A stretch of DNA of 44,457 nt from a virus (Duplodnaviria; Caudoviricetes): positions 1 to 44,457 of the IMG/VR virus record IMGVR_UViG_3300020043_003642; one strand, given 5' to 3'. Below are positions 24,349-33,429 of this stretch, piece after piece. Each line of letters opens with the position of its first letter. The stretch's first letter is position 1. The notes under the pieces were generated by a model. The model was not told where the DNA came from. It searched no databases and was given only the letters and a program-made list of their open reading frames with translations. The translations under genes were made by a program, and so were the position numbers.

Positions 24349-24752
24349 CGTATAGTCAGCAAGATCTGGATATTATATATGGTGCTCTCTTAGATAAGCT
24401 AGATGAAGTAGAGCCTAAAGACAAGATATACGCAGGGGCTATCAATAAGGTCCTAATTAAAACCCAAGAGCTATCTGAAATAAACAGGTTAGATAGGTTA
24501 TGCGAAGCTGTAGAGCTAGCTAATAGCTTATTTGAGGAGGCTACTGACGGTACCTATTCTATACTCTGGAAGACTAAGTATGATGAGGTTAGGTTTGAGC
24601 TTGAGAGTTTTTGGTTAGTTGTACACGATAGTGACGGTAACCTACTAGTAGATAACAGGGACCTATTCTTGAAGTGTGTAGCTAAAGCGTGTATAAAGTA
24701 TTCAGATGTAGCTGGCGAACTATTAGATGAGGCTATGTCAGCTATCTATTAA
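24345..24752 (+). CDS. hypothetical protein
   Basis: AGGAG RBS, last plus-strand gene. Confidence 0.65.
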   Translation: MTYSQQDLDIIYGALLDKLDEVEPKDKIYAGAINKVLIKTQELSEINRLDRLCEAVELANSLFEEATDGTYSILWKTKYDEVRFELESFWLVVHDSDGNLLVDNRDLFLKCVAKACIKYSDVAGELLDEAMSAIY

Positions 24753-25044
24753 TCCCTCCGCATATGAGGACTGCTCTTTCGGGATACTAATGCAATTAGT
24801 AATCCCTCTGTTGTTGCTATCTAATGTTGGGTCATTAGTTAGAGCGTCGGCGCGAGGGGCTCCTTGTACCTGATGCCTTTCAGGCTTCCCGTTACCGGGC
24901 TTTCTTTCGCGTAGGACTTTGGCGTTATTATTGCTACACGGTCCTAAGGGCATACCCATTTAACCCATGAGTGGGAGATGTTAGACCACCTACCTTACAC
25001 GGTATCCTATTGTTTAACGTCAACAGACAGTTATTACTAGGTAC
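24753..25044 (-). ncRNA. candidate ~290-nt structured non-coding RNA
   Basis: GC-richer intergenic stretch tiled with nested helices, downstream of a dedicated promoter; strand inferred from the promoter. Confidence 0.55.
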
Positions 25045-25050
25045 AATTTA

Positions 25051-25079
25051 AATATACTGTTACTGGGTTAGTTTGTCAA
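25051..25079 (-). promoter_or_regulatory. sigma70 promoter with no convincing downstream CDS
   Basis: TTGACA-17bp-TATATT. Confidence 0.65.
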
Positions 25080-25125
25080 GTCGTATTATCTAAGTATCTC
25101 TGGTAATGATACGACTGTCTAGAAC

Positions 25126-25368
25126 TTACTGTGTAAGTTTATCGAGTAGGCGGTCGATCTTATTTTCAATGCGTGTAAGGTCATCCTTTAATTCTTGCTG
25201 CCTAACATCTAACACTTGCTGCTTTAAGTCTATCAACTTCTCAACTTCAGCATTAGACATCTTGTCTGCTAATCTTTCTTTGACCATAGATATTTCTCGC
25301 ACAACGTACACTCCGAACGGTACAACGACCGTAGCTATAACATATTGAATTATCTGTAAAATGTCCAT
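25126..25368 (-). CDS. small TM plus coiled-coil protein (possible lysis accessory)
   Basis: N-terminal TM, C-terminal LTRIENKIDRLL. Confidence 0.65.
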   Translation of the reverse strand: MDILQIIQYVIATVVVPFGVYVVREISMVKERLADKMSNAEVEKLIDLKQQVLDVRQQELKDDLTRIENKIDRLLDKLTQ

Positions 25369-25371
25369 TAA

Positions 25372-25689
25372 TCACTCCCAGTACGTAGAACCTGAGCCTG
25401 TAGTCTTTAAGTAGGTTCCGTTAGTCGTAGGTTTGACGTAGTCTACTCCGGATATGTTCAAGAGGACATTACTAGGTTCGGTGCTTTGTATAACTAGGTA
25501 CCTAGGGCTAGATGTAGATGTAAAGGAGATACTAGGAGCGTTGCCTGTAGCTGCATTAGTTATAGTCACGTATCCTGTAGTAGCAGCATAATACGGGTGG
25601 TTAAACCCTAATACTCTGTAATCGGTTCCTGAGTATGCACAGGAGAACCTAAAAGATAGTCCGCTGCTTTGTGGGACCATTCTAGCCAT
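25372..25689 (-). CDS. tail-associated protein resembling the C-terminal half of neighbouring paralogs
   Basis: GYVTITNAATGNAPSI and GTYLKTTGSGSTYW segments. Confidence 0.55.
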   Translation of the reverse strand: MARMVPQSSGLSFRFSCAYSGTDYRVLGFNHPYYAATTGYVTITNAATGNAPSISFTSTSSPRYLVIQSTEPSNVLLNISGVDYVKPTTNGTYLKTTGSGSTYWE

Positions 25690-25702
25690 AGTTTGTTACA
25701 CC

Positions 25703-26230
25703 TTAAGAATAATACGGGGCCGATGAAGTATCACTAATAAAACTATTAGTGCTAGTTTTAAAACTATCTGTTACTGTCATATATCCATTATAAACCGTTG
25801 TATATCCTCCTGCCCCAGGGGAAATAGTTAAGTTGGTATTAGTTGGGGTAGTTATAGTTTGGCAGTATACGTCACCTGACGATATAGTGATAGTCCTGAT
25901 ACCTCCAGAACTAGAGCCTACTGAGCTTGAAGTATCTATTTCACTCCAGTCTATGTTACCTAATAGCCCAGAAGAATACTTAATCTCTCCGTTCGAATCT
26001 TTAACTACTAGCCTATAAGCTATATTGAAAGGTACATACATCTTGGTTGTACCGTAAGAATCTAGAGTGATAGGGTTGGTTAGCTCTGTAGTTAAGTCAC
26101 TATCTGAATAAACTGTAGCTAGATCAGTAGTTCCGTTTAAATAGACTTCGAGTGTGCCTGAAGCTAGAGGTTTACCCCTTTCATCTACAAACTGTACTAC
26201 TGGATATAGTGATTGATATCTGGTTGTCAT
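25703..26230 (-). CDS. spike-like protein with head-binding-type N-terminal domain (paralog C)
   Basis: QFVDERGKPLASG...GTT...VYSD...NPITLD. Confidence 0.7.
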   Translation of the reverse strand: MTTRYQSLYPVVQFVDERGKPLASGTLEVYLNGTTDLATVYSDSDLTTELTNPITLDSYGTTKMYVPFNIAYRLVVKDSNGEIKYSSGLLGNIDWSEIDTSSSVGSSSGGIRTITISSGDVYCQTITTPTNTNLTISPGAGGYTTVYNGYMTVTDSFKTSTNSFISDTSSAPYYS

Positions 26231-26235
26231 GGTAG

Positions 26236-26994
26236 TTAAGCACCGAATTCCATTGTTGTAGTTCCACTATTATACTTTAAGTATTGTCCCGCACTGCCAT
26301 CTGTGGAGCTAAATATTCTATCTAGACCCCAATACATTATAGTAGATGCGCTAGCTGAGATAACTAAGTCTATATTAGTGTCGTCTCCTGCTGCTTTGAT
26401 ATCTATAGAATCTGAGTTATATACTATTTCTATGTAGTTGACGGCGTTTGCAGTTTGCGCTACTCTGACTATGTTATGGGTAGGAGTGTAGTAATACGCA
26501 AAACCTTCACCGTTAGATAATTGTAAGTTTATAGAATCTAAATTAAAAGTTGTAGTACTTGAAGCCTTACCTAGATCTTCTATTACAGTTACACCTGTAC
26601 CGTTAGGTTCAAAGCTCATAGTTTGACCTGAATTAGATCTCATGGTTATATCAGATAGAGCATAGTAGTCTGTAACAGACTCTTCTGCAGTAACTACTCC
26701 TGTAGCTGGGACTTCCTTATTGTTTATCACCGGGTCTATAGTATATAGTGTATTATCGCTGCTATCTTTAATAACAAACTTATAACTAGTATCTTCAGCT
26801 AAGTATATTACACATGAGCCTGCTGAGTCTAAAATTATAGGGTTAGCGTTAGTAGATGAGCCTGCAGAGTCACCATACGTGCTTAGAGGCGTTGATGTTC
26901 CTGAGACATAGGTATATACCTTACCTCCTGCTAGAGGGCTTCCTGAAGCGTTCTTGAAGGTATAGATAGGGTTTATGAATAGTCCTACTGACAT
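26236..26994 (-). CDS. spike-like protein with head-binding-type N-terminal domain (paralog B)
   Basis: FKNASGSPLAGGKVYTY.SGTST..TY.D...NPIILD. Confidence 0.7.
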   Translation of the reverse strand: MSVGLFINPIYTFKNASGSPLAGGKVYTYVSGTSTPLSTYGDSAGSSTNANPIILDSAGSCVIYLAEDTSYKFVIKDSSDNTLYTIDPVINNKEVPATGVVTAEESVTDYYALSDITMRSNSGQTMSFEPNGTGVTVIEDLGKASSTTTFNLDSINLQLSNGEGFAYYYTPTHNIVRVAQTANAVNYIEIVYNSDSIDIKAAGDDTNIDLVISASASTIMYWGLDRIFSSTDGSAGQYLKYNSGTTTMEFGA

Positions 26995-26995
26995 T

Positions 26996-27784
26996 TTATG
27001 CCCAACTTAATACTTTAGATCCGTTCGTCTGGAGCTTCTGTCCTGAAGTGCCATTAGAGTTCGGAAATCTATAACCGTTTAAATACACATACCCTGTGCC
27101 TTTAGCTAAAAATCTTAGAGTTACAGAATTACTTCTTTGACCATTTAATATTTGAGCTGTAGATTCTGTACCTGAGGCATCTGAAAACATCATTCCTATG
27201 ATTAGTGGATCACTTGATGTTGGTGCTGCATTCATAGTAAACTTTAAAAGCTCATTATTGTTAGCATCAGCTAGTCCGTAACCGCTATCAAAGGCAAACC
27301 TGATATCCCCGTAAGCGTCTGTACCTAACTGCAAGTTCTTAACAGACAGAACACTATTAGCGTCATAAGTTCTAAGGGATATATCTGTACTAGCAGATGA
27401 AGTCCAACTGGATACTATACTGTTGTTAGGTAAGGTATTACCTGCTGATGTTGGGTTAGTTCCTACGTCAGACACGTGAGTGCTTTGCAAGCTAATACTT
27501 TGAGCTGCCTTGACTCCGTCTAAAGTTCTGAAAGCAGCATTAGATCCCATCTCAAATAATTCTATGTCGTAAGTAGCTGATGTATCAAGATAAATTACAG
27601 CTCTACCTGTGGCATCTAACTCTACAGGGTTCTTGTGTCTAGTTAAGCCTTCTGGGTCCTTATACACTGGGCCTTTAGTTGTAGTACCTGTAAGGTAGAA
27701 GTACACCTTACCGCCAGACAGAGGGTTCCCTGAGTTGTCATAGAACTGCGAGTATGGGGGAGGTAGTAATCTAGCTGTGGTCAT
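26996..27784 (-). CDS. spike-like protein with head-binding-type N-terminal domain (paralog A)
   Basis: QFYDNSGNPLSGGKVYFY.TGTTT..VY.D...NPVELD. Confidence 0.7.
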   Translation of the reverse strand: MTTARLLPPPYSQFYDNSGNPLSGGKVYFYLTGTTTKGPVYKDPEGLTRHKNPVELDATGRAVIYLDTSATYDIELFEMGSNAAFRTLDGVKAAQSISLQSTHVSDVGTNPTSAGNTLPNNSIVSSWTSSASTDISLRTYDANSVLSVKNLQLGTDAYGDIRFAFDSGYGLADANNNELLKFTMNAAPTSSDPLIIGMMFSDASGTESTAQILNGQRSNSVTLRFLAKGTGYVYLNGYRFPNSNGTSGQKLQTNGSKVLSWA

Positions 27785-28355
27785 GTTCAGCTTCCATTAG
27801 TATTAAGTCGACTAGTTCTAGCTTGTATCTCTTATTAAGAGCTGCCTTAACCGTACTGTCTATAGTTTTTAAATTGTTCACATAAAGTACCCGCTCATCC
27901 ATGATTCGCTTAATTACTTCTTCGTGGGTCATTACCTGCGGGTTACGTTTTCTCATAGCGCGTTGCAATATTACCGCCCATCTACCGTGTTGAACACTAA
28001 TAGACCATAACAGTTCATCTACTGCCTCACACCTAGGGATCTTTAAGTCTTTGTAGGCGTGGTTAGAGATAGGTTCGAACTTAGTTCGTTTGATATACTC
28101 GTGTTGGGCTTCGCGGAACTTAGGGTCGTTTCTGGCCAGCTCTACCCATTTCTCGTCGAATAGTTTACTGCCTACATCTAACCCTTCGAACATCTTTTCG
28201 TAGCCAGACTCTCTCAGGAAAGCTGTAAGTGTTCCTGTCAGGAAAGATAGTTGGTATCTGCCGTACGAGAAGCCTCCTGGGTCTTTAGACCACTTAGAGA
28301 TAGCCTCGTATCCTAACTTACCAGATTCGTATTTAGCGCTGATATCACCCAACAT
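27771..28355 (-). CDS. peptidoglycan hydrolase, VgrG3 C-terminal-like muramidase
   Basis: LGDISAKYESG...IS...DPGG.SYG.YQL, F..AQHEYIK, LWSISVQHG. Confidence 0.8.
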   Translation of the reverse strand: MLGDISAKYESGKLGYEAISKWSKDPGGFSYGRYQLSFLTGTLTAFLRESGYEKMFEGLDVGSKLFDEKWVELARNDPKFREAQHEYIKRTKFEPISNHAYKDLKIPRCEAVDELLWSISVQHGRWAVILQRAMRKRNPQVMTHEEVIKRIMDERVLYVNNLKTIDSTVKAALNKRYKLELVDLILMEAEHDHS

Positions 28356-28359
28356 ATTA

Positions 28360-30156
28360 CTATCTGTCCTGTAAATCTCTAGGGCTAAACATATCTACAC
28401 CTGTTTGTACTGCCGCACCTTTAGCTGTTCCTTGGAAAGATCTGAGCAATATGTGTTTTATGACAGCTTGCATGCGTGGGTCTTTAGGGTTATAGTTTTT
28501 AAACTGTACGAACATGGGGATAGTTTTATCTAAAAACAAACCTCTGGCAGCTATCTGAGCCACTACTCTAGGTGACAAGTTAGTTGGGTCCACCCCAGGC
28601 AAATGTGTCTTACCTTGACCTAATCTGATAGCTTCAGTTTGTAAGCCTTTCATTATGTTATTTAACCCTTCTAAAGCATCTCTAGCATCTTTAGGTGTAG
28701 TTAGGCCTATTGAATCGGCTTTGTTTTTCATGAACTTCATAGCTTTATTAACATCTAACACACCAGTATCGTCTATAAAGTCTCTGCTTGAACGGGCCAG
28801 TAGTCCGTATGAAAGCGCTTCTTTCCCTTCAGCAGACATGTTTGGTATGAAGGATTTAAGGTCGTCGTATACTGCAGAACCTTTAGAGGAGTACAGTTTG
28901 TCTATGTATTCACCTACATCCCGACGCTCACTTGCAAACTTCTCTCTGAAACTTCTGTTAGTGACTACTGAGTTGGCGAAGAACTGGTTAGCCTCATCTA
29001 TCTCTTTAGTTAGTCCTACTTTATCCGCAGCTATTTTTAAGTCAGCATCTAATGCCCTATTTATATCGTTAAGGAGTTGGAAATCGCTATCTAAGGCCCC
29101 GGACGTAGTATCCTTCTTTAAAGACTTCTGGACTTCTCCTACTTGCTTTTTCCAGGCTAGAATAGTGCTAGCGTCTGTTGTTGGGTTGGCTTGTATTACA
29201 TTAGCTATCCTCTCTACTGCTGGATTAGGCTTAGTGAGGGATGTCGAGCTACTTAAAATTTCTTTAACTTGATTAGTGGCTTTTAAAGTGTTATCTATAG
29301 ACGCAGGGCCTATCTGATCTATCTGGTAAGCTATTTCATTATAATTCTGGGAAGATTTAGCTTCTATCTCATCTGAGATTTTAACTATATCGTCGTAAGC
29401 TTTTTGGTTACCTTGAAATATAGTTTCTTCGATATTAGCTGCTGCTTTCTTAGTTTCAAACTTTTCAGCTAACGTCTTGTTTTGCTTAGCAAATATTCCA
29501 GGGTTTTCTATAGAGGATAGTGTTTTGGAACCTATAGCTTGGCCTAAGGATATAGGTACACCTGCTGCTCTCATAGCTTCTGCTTCTGGAGTAGCTTTAA
29601 ACAGAGGGGATAGGTATGGGGTTGCAGCGCCTGCTGCTCCTAACACACCTCCGACTAGCGGGCTATCTCCGGCCAATGATGCAGCACCTGCTCCACCGAT
29701 ACCTTCTTTGGCCACATTAGCTGCTAAGTAAGGCATAGCTTTGGCTGCTGCTGGGGCTATAGCTCGACCTAAAAGTCCCGCACCTTTACCTATTAATGTC
29801 TGTTCGGTTATAAATGCGCCGATATCAGATGTAGTATCGCCACCGTATGTACCTTTGAGCCTTTCCTGTCTCTGTCCTTCTAAGGCAGACTTAAAACTAT
29901 CTACCTTTTCTTGAGGGATTTGTCCTGCTGCTGCCATACCTTCAAAGAAGGCTCCAGCTAAATGCTCTGTTACTTTACGGGGAATATCTATCAGACCTAG
30001 TCCTACTCCTTTAGCTGCCTTACCGTATAGTTCCATTACACTTTCAGGCTCTTTGTCGTCTAGGTTGTAATAGTTTAATACGTCATTACTTGGCTGAGAC
30101 ACTGAGCCTATATCCAACTCTTCATCAGAATATGAATCTAAGATATCATTGGGCAT
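28360..30156 (-). CDS. internal virion / DNA ejection protein (start revised to ATG 30156)
   Basis: helical Ala/Gly-rich, third of three large genes after the tail; GGAG RBS. Confidence 0.65.
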   Translation of the reverse strand: MPNDILDSYSDEELDIGSVSQPSNDVLNYYNLDDKEPESVMELYGKAAKGVGLGLIDIPRKVTEHLAGAFFEGMAAAGQIPQEKVDSFKSALEGQRQERLKGTYGGDTTSDIGAFITEQTLIGKGAGLLGRAIAPAAAKAMPYLAANVAKEGIGGAGAASLAGDSPLVGGVLGAAGAATPYLSPLFKATPEAEAMRAAGVPISLGQAIGSKTLSSIENPGIFAKQNKTLAEKFETKKAAANIEETIFQGNQKAYDDIVKISDEIEAKSSQNYNEIAYQIDQIGPASIDNTLKATNQVKEILSSSTSLTKPNPAVERIANVIQANPTTDASTILAWKKQVGEVQKSLKKDTTSGALDSDFQLLNDINRALDADLKIAADKVGLTKEIDEANQFFANSVVTNRSFREKFASERRDVGEYIDKLYSSKGSAVYDDLKSFIPNMSAEGKEALSYGLLARSSRDFIDDTGVLDVNKAMKFMKNKADSIGLTTPKDARDALEGLNNIMKGLQTEAIRLGQGKTHLPGVDPTNLSPRVVAQIAARGLFLDKTIPMFVQFKNYNPKDPRMQAVIKHILLRSFQGTAKGAAVQTGVDMFSPRDLQDR

Positions 30157-32269
30157 TGAATTTCTCCAAGAGCTTTTGAGCCTTAGCTTTTCTAGCTTCA
30201 GAGGCCTTAGGGTCTTGTAATACCTGAGCTGCATATTCAGCGTGAGCTCTAGGGATTTTAGATACTGCTGCAATGTCTTCATCCGTAGCAAAGGAAGCTA
30301 GATTGTAGCCAGCACCTTCTACTATAGAAGACATTTGTTTTTGAGCTTCTTTCTGTGAGACTCCTTGATTTATCAAGTCGTTATACATAATAGAAAGGCG
30401 TCTAGTTCCAGCTGCCTGGTTCTTAGCATATATCTTAGCTTCGTTTGGTCCCATTCCTGAGTTGGCTACTGATTTATTTAATAGTGCCATAGCTCTGTCT
30501 GTTGCCGTAGTTCCGACTAATGGTACCATAGTTTGGAACAGGTTAGTGACTAGGGGCCCCATAATTCCAGCGTTAGCTTCTAATTGCTTGTATTCTGACG
30601 CTGATAGTTTAGTCCCTAACATGTCCTTTATCTGTGCGATCCCTGTGGAAGCTCTTCCGCCGACAGTCAAAACATCGTTAGCGCTACGATTTAAATTAGA
30701 CACTAGTTCGTTTAGGTTGTTTTCTATTCCGGCAAGATTTAAAACTTGCTTCTCGGCTACTAATGATGCTTCTTTAGATAGGGGGCGCTTACCGTTCTCA
30801 ACGTTAACAGTTATACCTCCGCCAGTCTTAGATGCAGCGCTTACTCCCTGTTCTAACTGACGCACTTCGTTGTCGGCAGCTAAGATCTCGTCATCTGACG
30901 CACCACTGTCCACTAGTTGATTACGTCTAGCTACTGCTGCCTTGTAATCTGCTTGTAGCTTACCTACAGTACTTAGCGGACCTTTAACGTCTTTAGGGTT
31001 AACGTAGGTGCTAGGTGGTAAATCCAAGCCAGACAAACTATCTTGCAGGCTAGCCATCTCTTTAGCTAGAGCTTCTTTCTCACTTACATTCTTAGGGGCC
31101 TCTTTAACACTTTCAGAGTATGAGATATCACCGTCTGCGTTAGTCTTAGTGGTGTATGTTCTGGTAACATCTATATTTGGATCTGGGTCACCACTGGTAT
31201 CTGCTCTGTAAAGCTGAGCATCTCTAGCTTCATTGGCAGCTACAACTAAAGGAGTCTGTCCTGCACGAACACTTTCAGCTAATGCTTTAACTCTGGCTAT
31301 AGCAGCAGGAGAAGGGTTCTCTTGGCTAGCTAATTCAGCCATAGCATTGCTTAGTTCTTGGGCTTGAGCTTGACGTTCTTGACCTAGTTCGTACTGAGCC
31401 TGTTCTTTAGCTTTCTCAGTCTCAGGATCTAGCTTCTTGTACTCGTGGAAAGTACTGCCGTCATCTGCCTGTCTACGTTGGTAGTCAGCAATAGCTGCTT
31501 GGCTTTCTTCACGAGTCATCGGAACTTGATTTGCGCGGGTCACTAAATCCGGCCCTAAAGAAGCTTTCTTAGCGGCAATTAAATCATTGAAGTACTTGTC
31601 TACAGCTGGGTCTGCCATTGCTCGCAGCGCAGGTTCTGCTAACTTAGCTGTTCTAGGGTTAGATACAACAGTTTGTAAGTAGCTTTCTATACCTTGCTGT
31701 ACAGATTGTAGCCCTATTAAAGCTCCTGGGGAGTATTTCTCAGGAATTTCAGATCCCATTTGTTGGTTCAAATATGGGATTAAGCTTTCCCACTCTTGAG
31801 CTCGTTGGTTAGCAGGGAGGGATGATATACGCTGTATGACTCTACCTATGGCTGCAGCGTTTTTAGTTTTTTCATAATCCTGCATAAATACAGCCATCTC
31901 TAAATCTAGTTTTTTCAGACCTGCGCCTGACTTCCTAATGTCCATAGCAGTCTTAGCATCACCAAACTGGTCATACACTGAAGCTATAGCGTCAGGGCCG
32001 TACTTACTAGCCTCAGAGACAGCTTGCTTCATAGCCATTTCCATCTGTCTATCTTCTTGCATCTTCTGCATTTCCATTGCTTTCTTCTGCTGGGTCATCT
32101 GTTGAGTCTGCATAGAAGCTAAATCCTTGGGGTTCATTCTACGCATAGCTTGTTCTTGGTTATATTGACCGTACGAAAACACACCAGGTGCACCATAACT
32201 GCCTTGTGGAGATGTGTCAGTCTCGCCGAAGTAATCGCCAAAAGAACCGTCACTAAAAATACCTGCCAT
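30146..32269 (-). CDS. internal virion / DNA ejection protein
   Basis: 707 aa Gln/Ala/Met-rich helical; position. Confidence 0.65.
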   Translation of the reverse strand: MAGIFSDGSFGDYFGETDTSPQGSYGAPGVFSYGQYNQEQAMRRMNPKDLASMQTQQMTQQKKAMEMQKMQEDRQMEMAMKQAVSEASKYGPDAIASVYDQFGDAKTAMDIRKSGAGLKKLDLEMAVFMQDYEKTKNAAAIGRVIQRISSLPANQRAQEWESLIPYLNQQMGSEIPEKYSPGALIGLQSVQQGIESYLQTVVSNPRTAKLAEPALRAMADPAVDKYFNDLIAAKKASLGPDLVTRANQVPMTREESQAAIADYQRRQADDGSTFHEYKKLDPETEKAKEQAQYELGQERQAQAQELSNAMAELASQENPSPAAIARVKALAESVRAGQTPLVVAANEARDAQLYRADTSGDPDPNIDVTRTYTTKTNADGDISYSESVKEAPKNVSEKEALAKEMASLQDSLSGLDLPPSTYVNPKDVKGPLSTVGKLQADYKAAVARRNQLVDSGASDDEILAADNEVRQLEQGVSAASKTGGGITVNVENGKRPLSKEASLVAEKQVLNLAGIENNLNELVSNLNRSANDVLTVGGRASTGIAQIKDMLGTKLSASEYKQLEANAGIMGPLVTNLFQTMVPLVGTTATDRAMALLNKSVANSGMGPNEAKIYAKNQAAGTRRLSIMYNDLINQGVSQKEAQKQMSSIVEGAGYNLASFATDEDIAAVSKIPRAHAEYAAQVLQDPKASEARKAKAQKLLEKFNAQ

Positions 32270-32328
32270 TATTTTGTCCTCAAGACATTAAATCTATTAA
32301 AATTATGGGAGTCTTTGCGGTAGCCATA

Positions 32329-33264
32329 TTATAAAGCCCCTAATAATCCTGAGATGTTACCACCACCAGTACTGAAGATACCGCCAGCGCCGGCCCCTGC
32401 GCCTAACATCATACCTGAAGCTTGCCACGCATCTGGTGACAACATAGAGTTAGCTGCCTTACGAGCTTCGATGGTTTGAGCAGCACTCATCATTTGGTAG
32501 TTAGATCCTAACTGACCTAGCTTCATCTGGGCGTCAGACAGGAAGTTGCCTTGTAATTGGTTCTGTTGACCTATCATGCCTCCAAACGAACCTATAGCGC
32601 CTGTAGCGCCTTGAGTAGCTTGTAAGCCAGACTGAGACATCTGCCCCGCAAACCCTGAACCTATTTGAGATAGAGCATTAGCAGCATTAGCGCCTGCAGC
32701 ATACTTAGACAGGTAACCTTGTTGGTCAGTTTGGAAGAGTGACAATAATCGGTTCTGATAGTCACCTAAGCTTTGAGTAGCTATCTGTTGACCTTGGTTG
32801 TGGAGCTCTTGTAAGGCTCTGCCGCTCTGTGTCATACCTGCAGCAGCTGAAGACTTGTCGATAGCTTTAACGCCCATATCCAAAGCAGCTTGCACTTGAG
32901 GTGATTGTAGGTAGTTCTGGGTAGCTGTTTGTTGGGCTGAAAAACCGTTGACACCTAGCAAGTCTCTCAGTAAAGTACTATCAGGTGCTGGGTCTCTAGC
33001 CGCATTGATGAATGGCATTAGATACTGACTAGCCTGACTAGAAGCGTCTTTGAAATAGCTAATATTCTGCTCGTTAATAGCTTCAAACCTAGAGACTATA
33101 TCGTCGCTAAGTGATTGATATAACTCACGATTCTTATCAGCAGTCTCAGATTGTATACGTGAGGCTTCACTGATAGCATTTGCTTGAGCTTGGTACGCAC
33201 TCTGGAGCGCTTGGCTCATTATGCCAGCATACTCATTGATTTGCTTAGTTTGACGATTTGCCAT
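32329..33264 (-). CDS. DNA transfer/ejection protein (P22 gp7-like)
   Basis: SP..Q.AL..G..AI..S.AA.G..QSGRALQEL...GQ..A....DYQNRL motif. Confidence 0.75.
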   Translation of the reverse strand: MANRQTKQINEYAGIMSQALQSAYQAQANAISEASRIQSETADKNRELYQSLSDDIVSRFEAINEQNISYFKDASSQASQYLMPFINAARDPAPDSTLLRDLLGVNGFSAQQTATQNYLQSPQVQAALDMGVKAIDKSSAAAGMTQSGRALQELHNQGQQIATQSLGDYQNRLLSLFQTDQQGYLSKYAAGANAANALSQIGSGFAGQMSQSGLQATQGATGAIGSFGGMIGQQNQLQGNFLSDAQMKLGQLGSNYQMMSAAQTIEARKAANSMLSPDAWQASGMMLGAGAGAGGIFSTGGGNISGLLGAL

Positions 33265-33300
33265 CTAATTGTAACCCGTGTGTGTCTTTTAAAATTGGGA

Positions 33301-33361
33301 GGTTAACCGGTATCCCTTACCCCCAAGGTTCCTGTGTACATACAGGATCAACCGATTAACC
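33301..33361 (-). promoter_or_regulatory. three-way-junction RNA structure in leader of ejection genes
   Basis: GGUUAAUCGGU/ACCGGUUAACC closing stem with UCCUGU/ACAGGA and CCUU/AAGG arms. Confidence 0.5.
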
Positions 33362-33387
33362 TATTATCGTGTAGTTACTTATTCTTT

Positions 33388-33413
33388 CTAACTATATAGT
33401 TAACTAAGAAGCC
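33388..33413 (-). repeat. conserved element core, copy 3
   Basis: CTAACTATATAGTTAACTAAGAAGCC identical to 12841-12866. Confidence 0.9.
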
Positions 33414-33429
33414 GCAACCGATTAACTTG

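Noticed and set aside
24738-24959. 73-aa minus-strand ORF
   Set aside because: No clear SD or protein motif; the dense helices are better explained as RNA structure, though not formally excluded
24753-25044. RNase P, tmRNA, group I/II intron, hammerhead or retron assignment
   Set aside because: Diagnostic conserved motifs not found, no interrupted gene and no reverse transcriptase in the window
30157-30291. N-terminal 45 codons of the 643-aa ORF
   Set aside because: Overlaps the upstream gene extensively; ATG 30156 has an SD and normal coupling. A frameshift fusion was considered but no slippery site was evident
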